DNA of 64,000 bases from Acidilobaceae archaeon (GCA_027037535.1 JALVZQ010000005.1:242686-306685), one strand, 5' to 3'. Positions 1 to 9,912 are shown, counted from the first letter of the stretch. Translations and numbers: made by a program. The notes: a model not told the origin generated them from the letters alone.

Positions 1-743
1 ACGTTCCTAGTAGGATCTACAGGATCCACCACGATCAAGACCGAGTCCCTATATTTTTCTCTTAGAAAGCGTTGATCCGAGCTGCCTATGGGATCAATAT
101 ATGTCCCAGGCTTCCAGCTAGATGCCGCCTCGAGAACTTTCCTAAAACTGCCATAGCGGTATACAAGGACTTCGGCGAGATAACCGGAGAATCCTCGTAT
201 GTGCGATTCAGCCCCATACACGCCTATACCTTTAAGAAAAGACTTGAGTAGGCGTACTTCGTCTTGCTGTTTTCTAGTTAGATTCTTTTTCATGAATCTC
301 GTGTGGAGCGGTGTTCTCTCTACGCCTATGTCTCCCTGTATTTTTTCTATGTCTACTATTGGCACAATGTCGGCTTCGAGTCCTGCTACTTGGACCGTGA
401 TATATGGGTGTTGACTGTACTTTATCGTGTACGGCATGATTGTTTTCATACATGATTTTAATAGAATCTCGGCTTTTCTCTCGATCCATTCCCTAGTTTT
501 ATCTTCGAATATTACGAAGATATCTATTTCCCATTTATCGTTTAGGATTGTGCCTTTTGCCAGGCTTCCTTCTAGCTCTATACGTGCTTTGACGCCTTTT
601 TTCTCTAGACATCGTTGAAGGGTTCTTTTGATCCAGTTAAAGAACGATACTAGGATTAATATCTGGCGCGATGAAGGCTTGATTAGGCTTAGCACAGTCG
701 ATTCTACTTGTTCGAAATCGCCTTTGATAAGGCATTTCTCCAT
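1..743 (-). CDS. cca: CCA-adding enzyme (archaeal class I tRNA nucleotidyltransferase); C-terminal end runs off the left edge
   Basis: Not in the ORF track because there is no stop inside the window. Hand translation of the minus strand from ATG 743 gives MEKCLIKGDFEQVE..LEGSLAKGT..WEIDIFVIF..SQHPYITVQVAGLEADIVPIV..VERTPHTRFM..DEVRLLKSFLKGIGVYGAESHIRGFSGYLAEVLVYRYGSF. These are hallmark blocks of archaeal Cca. Confidence 0.85.
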   Translation of the reverse strand, partial: MEKCLIKGDFEQVESTVLSLIKPSSRQILILVSFFNWIKRTLQRCLEKKGVKARIELEGSLAKGTILNDKWEIDIFVIFEDKTREWIERKAEILLKSCMKTIMPYTIKYSQHPYITVQVAGLEADIVPIVDIEKIQGDIGVERTPLHTRFMKKNLTRKQQDEVRLLKSFLKGIGVYGAESHIRGFSGYLAEVLVYRYGSFRKVLEAASSWKPGTYIDPIGSSDQRFLREKYRDSVLIVVDPVDPTRN

Positions 744-766
744 ATCGATAGCACGCCCGTCAGTGC

Positions 767-1345
767 TTATTCGAGCTCTACCTCGGCTAGAGTCTCGTAT
801 ATCGGGCCTCTCCTGGTTAACGTGCTCTTTTTTAATCTAACATGTTTGACTATCATTTCTCCTACGAGATAGTCCTGGTATTCGTTTAGGATTCGTTGTA
901 GCTGTGGGAGATTACGTGAGCCCTTTATCCGTGCCAAGGTGACATGAGGATGAAAACTTTGTCTTTCGGGACGTATACCTATTGCTCGCAATTGTCTTTC
1001 TAGCTCGTCTCGTATATCTTTTAGTGTTTCTCCTCCCTCTGTTACTCCTACCCATACTACTCTCGGCCTTACGGGTGATGGGAATGCGCCGAGACCTGAG
1101 AACACTATCTTAAACTTTGATCGTTTCAATGATAGTAGTGCTTCGCGTACTCTTTCAACAACATCTGGAGGCGACTCACCTATGAATCGTAGAGTTATGT
1201 GGAAGTTCTGGGTTTCAACAGGTTTCATGGGGACACCTGTTGATACTATGAGCTCTTTGAGTCTTTCTAGCCTTGAAACAAGTAGGGGATCCTCTACATC
1301 TACTGCTATAAATATTCTTAGGAGTTCTCTGGCCAAGGCTTCCAT
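767..1345 (-). CDS. thpR: RNA 2',3'-cyclic phosphodiesterase / 2'-5' RNA ligase (2H phosphoesterase)
   Basis: 192 aa with two H-x-T-x motifs (HITLRF and HVTLAR) in the usual spacing. Lies directly upstream of cca. Confidence 0.85.
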   Translation of the reverse strand: MEALARELLRIFIAVDVEDPLLVSRLERLKELIVSTGVPMKPVETQNFHITLRFIGESPPDVVERVREALLSLKRSKFKIVFSGLGAFPSPVRPRVVWVGVTEGGETLKDIRDELERQLRAIGIRPERQSFHPHVTLARIKGSRNLPQLQRILNEYQDYLVGEMIVKHVRLKKSTLTRRGPIYETLAEVELE

Positions 1346-1440
1346 TCACCGTTTTCTAAAGGCTTACTCATTATCTATAAAGAGTATTAGGGATCACCTT
1401 ATAGACTTCCACCCGGTTATAAAGTAGGCCTGGGAGGATC

Positions 1441-2028
1441 TTGATGATGCTAATGATATCTGTAACGGGTATGCCGGGCTCCGGGAAGAGTATCGTGGCG
1501 AAAAGGATATCCGAGAAAATAGGATGGCCAATCTACTCCATGGGCGATATAGTACGCGAAGAAGTAAGACGGAGAGGACTCGAACTTACTGCTAAAAACA
1601 TCGAGTACGTCGCTAAGAAGCTACGTGAGGAATTGGGATTAGCCGCTGTAGGGATACTTCTTAGGAAGAAGATAGCGGCTCAGAGAGGAAAACTAGAAGG
1701 CGTAGTGATTGATGGTATGCGTAGCGTGCATGAGGCAAGGAAACTAGCCGATATTGGAGAACTCTGTATCATAGCTGTTCACGCTTCCCCGATGACAAGA
1801 TATAGGAGAATGATAGAGAGAGGTAGGCGTGGCGATATTAGAGGCTGGGAAGACTTTGTTCTGAGAGATAGGTATAATTTGAGCTTTGGAATAGGAGAAT
1901 TAATAGCTTTGGCAGACTTCATGATTGTCAATGAGGGAGATCTCGAAGAGCTCTATAGGAACGTGGACAATATAATCGAGGTGCTTTCAAGTGACGGTTA
2001 CACGCGTTGTAGTGGAGGCAGATATTAG
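1441..2028 (+). CDS. P-loop nucleotide kinase-like protein (UPF0200 / dephospho-CoA-kinase-like)
   Basis: N-terminal Walker A GMPGSGKS. Size and layout match small archaeal nucleotide kinases. Product name is tentative. Confidence 0.55.
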   Translation: MMMLMISVTGMPGSGKSIVAKRISEKIGWPIYSMGDIVREEVRRRGLELTAKNIEYVAKKLREELGLAAVGILLRKKIAAQRGKLEGVVIDGMRSVHEARKLADIGELCIIAVHASPMTRYRRMIERGRRGDIRGWEDFVLRDRYNLSFGIGELIALADFMIVNEGDLEELYRNVDNIIEVLSSDGYTRCSGGRY

Positions 2029-2431
2029 GCCTACAGAGGATCAGGATAAAGTCAAACAAGCTATACTCAACTTCTTCGACCCAGATACAATCGTCGTTGA
2101 GGGAAGCGATGCCCACAAAAGAATGGTAGCTACTGCTTATAGTCTGAAGAGCCTAGAGAAATTCAGATACTTGTTGAGGACCGAGAGAATCCTTGATGCT
2201 GCGAGAAAAGTTATGCGGAAGGGAACACGGGATAATAAGATAGTTTTCTATATTCATAAACAAGCAATGTTCAACGGCAGAATAAGCCTTGTGTCCGGAG
2301 ACCACGAGTCTCCCCTAGGGGCAATAATGATAACTATAGAGCATCCCGATCCACGCAAGGTCATTGACTGGCTGGCCCCACCTACTGTTCGAGGAAGACC
2401 CTTGTTCGAGATAGATCGACCTCCCGAATAG
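1991..2431 (+). CDS. small RNA-binding-like protein (UPF0201-type), tentative
   Basis: 146 aa, overlaps the end of the kinase-like gene. This pairing is common in archaea. Recognition is weak. Confidence 0.45.
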   Translation: MTVTRVVVEADIRPTEDQDKVKQAILNFFDPDTIVVEGSDAHKRMVATAYSLKSLEKFRYLLRTERILDAARKVMRKGTRDNKIVFYIHKQAMFNGRISLVSGDHESPLGAIMITIEHPDPRKVIDWLAPPTVRGRPLFEIDRPPE

Positions 2432-3323
2432 GGGGCTCGAACAATAATCTCATCTTGTCTCTTGCCAGTATCGTGTCGGGAAATATCCTTCTTGCTTCAT
2501 CGAGGAGTCTACGGGCCTCGAATCCACGGTACCTCGAGCTTATATGAGTTAAAACTAGCAGATTCACTTTAGCTTCTATCGCTGCTTTGGCCGAGTCGAT
2601 AGACGTGCTGTGGCCCCTGTCATGTGCTTCCTCACTATATTCGCTTGTAAACGTCGAATCATGAATGAGCAAGGATGCTCCTTTTGAGGCCTCAACTATT
2701 GTAGGACAGGGTCTTGTATCGCCGGTATACGATATTTTGAACTGGGTGTATCCGTGTTTAGTTTGCATTGCTTCAATGAGTCTTCTCCAGTCTAGCGGAG
2801 AAATGTTTTCTATATGTCCAGTTATTCTAGGCCTCATCAACCACTTTAACACGAAGCCATAAGAGTCCCTTGTATGACATGTCTTATACCATGAAAGTAC
2901 CAGCTTGTCACCGCTCTTACTGTCAAGAATTGTTTCTCCAAAAACTGCCCCGTTACTTATAGCTAGGTATAAGACCTCGTATCCCAATAACTGCTTTTCA
3001 GCTTCTAGAACTTCACGGACAAAGAATACAGAGTCCTCTGAGCCGACAATCGTTAAAGGTCTTCTTCGCCCCTGAAGGCTCATAGATTGAAGCAATCCTG
3101 CAACACCGTTTATGTGATCTCCATGCGAGTGAGTCAACATTATATAATCGATATCATTGATAGACATGCCTATCTCCATTATTCGCCTTTGCACGCCTTC
3201 ACCCGCGTCTAAAAGAAACATTCTCCCATGCCAGTCACGGATCAGGATTGACGACGTGTATCTTTCTAGTGTTGGCACCGCCGCTCCAGTTCCAAGGAAT
3301 ACTACTTCGATCTGCCGCGGCAT
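2382..3323 (-). CDS. rnz: ribonuclease Z (tRNA 3' endonuclease, metallo-beta-lactamase fold)
   Basis: VVFLGTGAAVPT start, LLDAGEG, and the HSHGDH metal motif. Confidence 0.85.
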   Translation of the reverse strand: MPRQIEVVFLGTGAAVPTLERYTSSILIRDWHGRMFLLDAGEGVQRRIMEIGMSINDIDYIMLTHSHGDHINGVAGLLQSMSLQGRRRPLTIVGSEDSVFFVREVLEAEKQLLGYEVLYLAISNGAVFGETILDSKSGDKLVLSWYKTCHTRDSYGFVLKWLMRPRITGHIENISPLDWRRLIEAMQTKHGYTQFKISYTGDTRPCPTIVEASKGASLLIHDSTFTSEYSEEAHDRGHSTSIDSAKAAIEAKVNLLVLTHISSRYRGFEARRLLDEARRIFPDTILARDKMRLLFEPPIREVDLSRTRVFLEQ

Positions 3324-3327
3324 TATT

Positions 3328-4353
3328 CTAGTCGCCTCGTCCCGGAAGCCTAGCGACTACAATCTCCCTGACTAAGGTCGAGTGCACGTGCATATGGTGT
3401 CTTTCTACAACTATTAGTCCCATGTCTTCGGCTATCTTCGAGGGTTCGAACTGTAATGGACCTGCATAGACAATGAAGGTTCCTGGCTTTGCAATCCTCT
3501 CGGCTTCTTTTAGAAAGAACTCTATAATTTCCCCATATCCTTTTCTCTTCGTGGTAGTTGACCTACCATAGGGGGGATCAGTCGATATAGCGTCAATAGA
3601 ATGGTCCTTAAAGGGCTGGGCATACGCATTGTGGGCTACTACCAGGGCCCTATCAGCTAGACCATAGTGGTCTAAATTAAGCCTGCTGCCTTCTACCATA
3701 TCGCGTAGTATATCTCCGCATAAACATTTCGATGCTCCTATAAAACATGCTTCCAGCGGAAAACCCCCGGTTCCACAAAATGGATCCAAAAACGTGCCGC
3801 CCCTTTTTAGTCTAGACAAGTTTATCATGGCTCTTGTTAGCTGGGGACTGAGAGGTCCGGGCTTAAAGAATGGTCGCTTTCCAGGCTTCCGATAATAGAG
3901 AGACCTAGTATCCAGCTCGGCGATTGGTATGCCGATGACCGTTATACCTTCTGTAACGAATACTCTCACTCTTCTACCTTGAATCGAACGAATAGATTTT
4001 CTCTCTCGCATTTCTTTTATCGCGTGCTCATCGACGTCTTCTCCATATCTCTTGTATCTCCGGAATAAGATTTTGGAAACACCGTTCATGTCTTTGATAA
4101 CCTCTACGATTGCCTCCGTATCCGCCTGGGTAATGGCCAGGAACCTACCTATCTCTTTTACCCAGCCGGCCCTCTCAACAACTATCTCTGGCTCCTCCAG
4201 TTTGGCTTCAAAAACGACTACTCCCTCGAATGAGCGAACTATGCTATAAGAGTCTGCTTCGACTTCTAGTATAGCTTCTAGCTCGCTTCGTGGGATAGTA
4301 GGGTGCTCTCCTGATAATATAGCATAGTAGCAACTAGCCTTACATTTAATCAT
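3328..4353 (-). CDS. THUMP-domain tRNA (guanine-N2)-methyltransferase (Trm-G10/Trm11-like)
   Basis: N-terminal THUMP-like region, SAM motif DPFCGTGGFPLEA and catalytic DPPYG. Confidence 0.75.
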   Translation of the reverse strand: MIKCKASCYYAILSGEHPTIPRSELEAILEVEADSYSIVRSFEGVVVFEAKLEEPEIVVERAGWVKEIGRFLAITQADTEAIVEVIKDMNGVSKILFRRYKRYGEDVDEHAIKEMRERKSIRSIQGRRVRVFVTEGITVIGIPIAELDTRSLYYRKPGKRPFFKPGPLSPQLTRAMINLSRLKRGGTFLDPFCGTGGFPLEACFIGASKCLCGDILRDMVEGSRLNLDHYGLADRALVVAHNAYAQPFKDHSIDAISTDPPYGRSTTTKRKGYGEIIEFFLKEAERIAKPGTFIVYAGPLQFEPSKIAEDMGLIVVERHHMHVHSTLVREIVVARLPGRGD

Positions 4354-4396
4354 TGCACCTCTACCAGTACCCGGCTCTCATCATATTTTTATCTTC

Positions 4397-5311
4397 CTAG
4401 AAGTCTTTTCCTAGCTCCTTAGAGATTTCCTCTGCCAATAGAGGAGCTATATCAATATACTCGACTAGCCCTGCGTCCTTTGGCGGAAGACTATTTGTCG
4501 CATACACTTTGCTTACACCGGCTTTTTCCAGTCTCTCCAAAGCATTACCTGCTAGGAGGGCATGAGCCACCATGACATATACCTTTACTGCTCCTTGATC
4601 TAGGAGAAGCTTTGTGGCTTTACTCACTGTCCCCCCGGTACTTATGATATCATCGACAATCACTACTTTCTTCTCCTTTACTTTAAGATGTTTAGGCTCT
4701 ACGATTATCTCTCCGGTAACCCGGTCTCTCTTCTTTATGAGATAATCATACTGTGCACCTATCTTCTTGGCAAGCCTCTCTACTCTCCTGAGAGCTCCGA
4801 CGTCTGGTGCAAGAAGAACATAGTCTCCGTTTATTCCTATTTTCTCGATCATGTATTCGTAGGGATATACCGATACTGCTTTACCGGGGAACGCCGATAA
4901 TGCCTCCTCTTTGTGTATCTCAACAGTGTACAGTTCCCTATACCCGCTATAGTACAATGCCCTCAAAACTACAGCAATACTAACGGGTTCACCGTGGAGA
5001 AACCTCTTATCTTGACGCGCATAAGCCATATATGGTGCTATTAGGACTATTCGTCTAGCCCCTAAACCTTTCGCCGCGTCTGCTAAGAACATTGCCTCGA
5101 CAAGGGCACTATTCTGAGGCTTGCTCATAGTTTGGACTATTATAGCCGAGTCGAGGCCATCTTTTTCGATCCGTACATATGATTCTCCGTCCGGAAACAC
5201 CTTATATCTAGCATGTACCGTCTCCATGCCCAAAACCTTTGCCAGACTCTCAGCAAATTCCCTGGAACCGGGACTTGTCCCGGCGATAATCGTCATTTCT
5301 TCATCCCCCAT
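4397..5311 (-). CDS. prs: ribose-phosphate pyrophosphokinase
   Basis: PRPP-binding loop VVIVDDIISTGGT and typical Prs N-terminal half. Confidence 0.9.
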   Translation of the reverse strand: MGDEEMTIIAGTSPGSREFAESLAKVLGMETVHARYKVFPDGESYVRIEKDGLDSAIIVQTMSKPQNSALVEAMFLADAAKGLGARRIVLIAPYMAYARQDKRFLHGEPVSIAVVLRALYYSGYRELYTVEIHKEEALSAFPGKAVSVYPYEYMIEKIGINGDYVLLAPDVGALRRVERLAKKIGAQYDYLIKKRDRVTGEIIVEPKHLKVKEKKVVIVDDIISTGGTVSKATKLLLDQGAVKVYVMVAHALLAGNALERLEKAGVSKVYATNSLPPKDAGLVEYIDIAPLLAEEISKELGKDF

Positions 5312-5376
5312 ATTAGCTATATGCTCTTATACTACTATTAGTGATTAGCTATGGAGAGATTACATGGGGATAGAAT

Positions 5377-6282
5377 TTGGCGAAAATGACGATCGCCGGA
5401 ATAGGCGTCTCCACTGTAGAGTCTATACCTGTCTTCCACTATTATCCTGGAGGATCATCTCTAAGAGTAATCACTTATAGTCATAACTATGTTCCTTTTG
5501 ACTGTGACGACTTATTCAACATCTGCATATACGGAAAGGGCCCCGATGTGTTTGAACCGGTCAACATAGGTCTAGATCATATCCTTGCTCTTGCAAAAAA
5601 CTTCCACGTCGACATTATATTATTTGAGGGACTGGATCCTCTGGAGAGTCTGCAGAGAGAAGTCATAGATATGTTTCGTGGCCAAGGATTTAAACTAGGA
5701 GTACGCATAATTGGAGGATCAACTATTAGTCCCCTACCCGATCTTGACCTCCTCGTTATAGACGACATCCATATGTTCTCGGATGATCCTGGACTAATTA
5801 TCGACACAATGAACCTCTTAGAGAGAATTAGGGAGAATTCGAATCCATGGATAGAGGTTAACACCTATATGAAGAGGCCGGCGTTGTCGCCTATAGCCCC
5901 ACTTATAAGACATACAGGAGAGAAAGGGATACCTATACATATTCACATAGCAGATCACGAAGGAGGAGGCCCAATAAGCGATCTCTACTCTAAAGCAAAG
6001 AATCTAAATCCATTCACCTATATCCATAACCCTCTATACCCTTATCTCGACACCTATTGCCCGTTCTGCGGTGCACCAATCGCTATAAGAGAGGACGGGA
6101 TGCTGTTGAGCCTTGAGGCGCCTGAAAACAAGTGCTGGAAATGTGGGAAGCCACTTCCTCTAAGAGGAAAAGTGAGAAAGAAGACCCCTCGCAACCTATT
6201 GATAGTTACGGGGACCGAGAAATGGCTGAGTATAAGGGAAATAAAGACTCTAAACTCGTTCTTTCAAGGCACATTAGACTAG
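5377..6282 (+). CDS. hypothetical protein; apparent cluster-less paralogue of the downstream radical SAM enzyme
   Basis: C-terminal block YCPFCGAPI..CWKCGKPL parallels YCPKCGYRV..CPKCGYKL of the next gene. No CxxxCxxC triad was seen. Confidence 0.4.
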   Translation: MAKMTIAGIGVSTVESIPVFHYYPGGSSLRVITYSHNYVPFDCDDLFNICIYGKGPDVFEPVNIGLDHILALAKNFHVDIILFEGLDPLESLQREVIDMFRGQGFKLGVRIIGGSTISPLPDLDLLVIDDIHMFSDDPGLIIDTMNLLERIRENSNPWIEVNTYMKRPALSPIAPLIRHTGEKGIPIHIHIADHEGGGPISDLYSKAKNLNPFTYIHNPLYPYLDTYCPFCGAPIAIREDGMLLSLEAPENKCWKCGKPLPLRGKVRKKTPRNLLIVTGTEKWLSIREIKTLNSFFQGTLD

Positions 6283-7295
6283 CCAGGCTGTGGGAACCGT
6301 TACCTGATAAGCCTGGATGGGTGAAATGTAATCTTTGCGAGAAAAGATGCATTATAGCTCCTGGTAGATACGGTGCGTGTGGTGTTCGGAAAAATATTGG
6401 GGGCAAACTATATACGCTCGTATATGGCTTACTCACAGCTATGAATGTTGATCCGATCGAGAAGAAGCCCCTATTCCATTATCGTCCCGGATCCACTGTT
6501 CTAAGCATCTCTACTGTCGGATGCAATTTCTACTGCAAGTTCTGCCAGAACTGGACAATCAGCCAGAGCAGACTAGAAAAAGGACTATACGGAGCATACA
6601 GGTCTCCCCAAGAAGTAGTTGAAGCCGCACTTGCCAGCGGTGCAGACGGAATAGCCTACACCTATAATGAGCCAACAATATTTTTTGAATTTGTCCTTGA
6701 CACTGCTAAATTAGCGAAGCAGCACGGCCTCTACAATATGCTTGTGACGAACGGCTATATGACGCCAGAAGCTGTTCACGAACTCGGACCCTTCATTGAC
6801 GCAGTAACGGTTGATTTTAAGGGTGGAGGAAACAAGGAGTTTTATAGAAAATATATTGGCGTGTATAATCCAGACAAGATCTTCGATACGATTCTTGCAA
6901 TGAGAGATCAAGGATGGTGGATCGAGATCACAAATCTTGTTGTGCCTAGAGTTGGAGACAAAGAAGAAGACATACGCCGCCTAGCCTCGTGGATAAAAGA
7001 CAATCTCGGCCCAGAGACACCTTTCCATCTCCTAAGGTTTTATCCACACTATAAGATGAAGGATCTACCTCCGACCCCTATAAAAACACTAGAGAGACTG
7101 GCAGAAATAGCTAAGAGCGAAGGATTATTCCACGTCTTTATAGGAAATGTTCCGGGACACCCACTTGAGCACACTTACTGTCCGAAATGCGGATACAGAG
7201 TTATAGAAAGATATAGTGTATACCTATTATCGATTAACCTAAACCCGGATAATACCTGTCCAAAATGCGGATACAAGCTCAAAATAGTAAGATAA
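6222..7295 (+). CDS. radical SAM enzyme (AmmeMemoRadiSam / PFL-activase-like)
   Basis: CNFYCKFCQNW radical SAM triad, N-terminal CNLCEKRC..ACGVR and a C-terminal Zn-ribbon. The track ORF starts at 6132; ATG 6222 (MAEYK) is chosen to limit overlap with the upstream gene. Confidence 0.75.
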   Translation: MAEYKGNKDSKLVLSRHIRLARLWEPLPDKPGWVKCNLCEKRCIIAPGRYGACGVRKNIGGKLYTLVYGLLTAMNVDPIEKKPLFHYRPGSTVLSISTVGCNFYCKFCQNWTISQSRLEKGLYGAYRSPQEVVEAALASGADGIAYTYNEPTIFFEFVLDTAKLAKQHGLYNMLVTNGYMTPEAVHELGPFIDAVTVDFKGGGNKEFYRKYIGVYNPDKIFDTILAMRDQGWWIEITNLVVPRVGDKEEDIRRLASWIKDNLGPETPFHLLRFYPHYKMKDLPPTPIKTLERLAEIAKSEGLFHVFIGNVPGHPLEHTYCPKCGYRVIERYSVYLLSINLNPDNTCPKCGYKLKIVR

Positions 7296-7477
7296 TTTTA
7301 CTCCTATTTCCCCCATTATCGTTGTCCCAGTATTATCTAGTATAGTTATAATACAGTATTTTACCCTATAAATATCCCTTTCCTCGCTATGCACATTAAC
7401 TAATGTTTATAAACCCCTGTTGATCTAGACCACGATAGGCACAAACAAATCAAGGTGAACAACGGAGGGATACCATA

Positions 7478-7759
7478 TTGAAATTCTGTCCAAAGTGTGG
7501 AGGACCAATGGTCCCCGTGAAGAAAGGAGAAAATAAAATAATACTGAAATGCCAAAGATGCGGATACGAGATGCCTGCGCCAAAAGAGATAATCGAAAGA
7601 TACCGTGCAGTCCATAAAACAAAAAAAGAAGAAAAGATAATCTCTACGAAAGTAATCGCTAAAGTGGAAAAAAGTGCTGTCTCAAAAGAAGATATCGAAC
7701 AGGCAAAAGAAGAATACTATGAGCTAGTTCTAGACCAAATCGGAGAATACGGGGACTAG
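7478..7759 (+). CDS. zinc-ribbon protein (TFS/RpoM N-terminal-like) with acidic tail
   Basis: CPKCGG..x14..CQRCG four-Cys ribbon in the first 30 aa. The rest is K/E-rich. Confidence 0.4.
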   Translation: MKFCPKCGGPMVPVKKGENKIILKCQRCGYEMPAPKEIIERYRAVHKTKKEEKIISTKVIAKVEKSAVSKEDIEQAKEEYYELVLDQIGEYGD

Positions 7760-7872
7760 CCGTCTACAAATATTATCTATTTATCCTAATTATATTAATA
7801 ACTTATATCGTGTTTTTACTAGATAAACAATATCCTATGAAGAATCCTATGATTAAGTTAGAAAAGAACAAT

Positions 7873-8604
7873 CTATATGCCTTTTACTGGCAGAAGCCCT
7901 CCAATTGATTCTAGCTCTTTAGCTGCCTCCTCTAGATCCTTATGCGTATCAATACTCCTCCAATAGTAGGGAGGCGTATCATACTTTACTGTTCCAAGCT
8001 TCATGTTCTCGGCTAGTTCAGGGAACGTCGTCTTTTCAATATCTCCTTTTTCCGGTAAGTAGTCGACAATGCTTGGCCTGAAAGCATATACACCCGCGTT
8101 TATCCAGTATTCGCGCAGGATTGGTTTCTCTTTGAATCCTCGTATAAGCATTTTTTCCTCATCTATGTCAAGGATTCCATAAGGGCTACGTAGAGGCACA
8201 GATCCGATTACCGCTACGAGATCTCTCTCGGACTCTAATTTGTCTATGATCTTATTAGGGTCTATGTTTGTGAGGATGTCGCCGTTTATCACTATTATTG
8301 TCTCGTCTTTTCTAAGCATATGCGCTGCATTTCTAAGAGCCCCTCCCGTTCCGAGCGGATCATCCTCTATAACATATGATACTGAGAGGCCAAACTTCGA
8401 CCCGCTACCTATAGTCTCAATAATTTTTTCCTTTAGGTATCCTGCTAGTATAACTACCTCGCTTATTCCATAGTATTTGAGCCACTCTAGCTGATAGAAC
8501 ATTACTGGTTTGCCGGCTACTTTAACCAAGGGCTTTGGCACTTCTAGCGTCAAGGGCCGCAGTCTCTTACCATATCCACCTGCTAGAATCATTGCGATCG
8601 TCAT
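7873..8604 (-). CDS. sugar-1-phosphate nucleotidyltransferase
   Basis: ILAGGYGKRLRPLT signature and GT-A nucleotidyltransferase layout. Confidence 0.8.
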   Translation of the reverse strand: MTIAMILAGGYGKRLRPLTLEVPKPLVKVAGKPVMFYQLEWLKYYGISEVVILAGYLKEKIIETIGSGSKFGLSVSYVIEDDPLGTGGALRNAAHMLRKDETIIVINGDILTNIDPNKIIDKLESERDLVAVIGSVPLRSPYGILDIDEEKMLIRGFKEKPILREYWINAGVYAFRPSIVDYLPEKGDIEKTTFPELAENMKLGTVKYDTPPYYWRSIDTHKDLEEAAKELESIGGLLPVKGI

Positions 8605-8722
8605 TTACGACGCACCCATGAAACCAATATATGTTAACTAGTATTAATTAATTGAGACCATTAACAGAATAATCCACACTAAACCATAAGCGTCTTCTAT
8701 TAAAAACCGTAAATTCTATGTC

Positions 8723-8797
8723 TGGTGCCGCCGCGGGGATTCGAACCCCGGACCGCCCGGTCTTCAGCCGGGCGCTCTCCCGCTGAGCTACGGCGGC
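8723..8797 (-). tRNA. tRNA-Phe (GAA), CCA encoded
   Basis: The reverse complement folds by hand: GCCGCCG acceptor, GCTC/GAGC D stem, CCCGG-CTGAAGA-CCGGG anticodon arm, CGGGG-TTCGAAT-CCCCG T arm, A-CCA end. Confidence 0.9.
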
Positions 8798-8866
8798 ACA
8801 CGCCCATAAATGATGTTTATCAGCATGTAGTTTTATTCCTTTTTCCCGTTTTATAGTCTATGGTCG

Positions 8867-9349
8867 ATGCTATTGGATGGTAAAGAAGTGATCCGAATAG
8901 TTATACTCGCCATAGGCTCCACTGATCTTGATCTAGCAATTAGTGTCGGCGAGAAGCTTGAGAAAAAGTGTTATGGATCCATCGAGGCATTTGTTCCCGT
9001 TTGGAAGGAACATGTATCGTTGACGGGTTTTGACGTCGAAAAAGGATTGTATAATGCAGTGCAGGTCGCTAATCAAATCTACGAGAAATATAGAGTACTT
9101 GTCAAAGATTATAATGTCGTAGTTGTCGGCTTATTTGAGGCTAAGGGGTTCCTTGAGAATAACAATCCAACAGTCCTGTATACTGATGAGAGTCGTCGAA
9201 CTATATTGGTGTTTACAGGAGATCTAGAAGAAAAAGATGATTGCTTACTCGAAGAAAAGGTGCTTCGATTAGTTTTAGATGGGTTGTCTAGGATGAATAT
9301 GGAGCTAAGCTGCATGGTCCCCGATAATATAGGAGAAAACCTGTTTTAG
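8867..9349 (+). CDS. hypothetical protein, archaemetzincin-like layout without the zinc motif
   Basis: N-terminal IVILAIGSTDLD and overall spacing resemble archaemetzincins. The expected HExxHxxGxxH position reads LDGLSRMNMELS. Confidence 0.3.
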   Translation: MLLDGKEVIRIVILAIGSTDLDLAISVGEKLEKKCYGSIEAFVPVWKEHVSLTGFDVEKGLYNAVQVANQIYEKYRVLVKDYNVVVVGLFEAKGFLENNNPTVLYTDESRRTILVFTGDLEEKDDCLLEEKVLRLVLDGLSRMNMELSCMVPDNIGENLF

Positions 9350-9396
9350 GGGAAGAAACAATAATTATTCTTTTATTAACTGGTTATCCAATTATA

Positions 9397-9864
9397 TTAG
9401 ATATCCACGACGAACTGTAGTCTCCAACATCTATCTTCTCTCTCTATCTTCATTTGGGCATATGTCATCGCCTTTACTATGGTTCTCTCTTCATGTTTTT
9501 CGGGGTTGAATTGTTCGCCCCAGGCACTGCTCGTAATCCTGTATTTTCCGTTCGCTTCTTCTATCCTGCATACCGTAAAGCGGGAGAACACTAGTCCTTC
9601 CGAGTCAGTGTATATCAGTAGCTCTTCAATCCATCTGTAAAGTAGGTTCTCGAGATCGTCGCCCTCTATATCTATATCGACTCGTGTTGTTGGATATACT
9701 TTACTTGTATCTGTTATCACCTCATACACAGCTATTGCTGCCTGCTCAAAAGCTTCTTCAAGAGTTCTTCCAATCGATTCTATTAGGACGTCTGCTGTAT
9801 GCTCTTTGTGCTCGTATCCTATACATTTGTTATCTAGTTTCTTTTCCATTCTGCACACCCCCAA
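9397..9864 (-). CDS. archease (RtcB tRNA-ligase activator)
   Basis: HTADVLIES..LEEAFEQAAIAVYEVI..KAMTYAQMKI blocks typical of archease. Confidence 0.85.
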   Translation of the reverse strand: MGVCRMEKKLDNKCIGYEHKEHTADVLIESIGRTLEEAFEQAAIAVYEVITDTSKVYPTTRVDIDIEGDDLENLLYRWIEELLIYTDSEGLVFSRFTVCRIEEANGKYRITSSAWGEQFNPEKHEERTIVKAMTYAQMKIEREDRCWRLQFVVDI

Positions 9865-9912
9865 TATAATAAGGATATCTTAGAGAAAATGAAACTCATG
9901 GTGTAGATAGAT

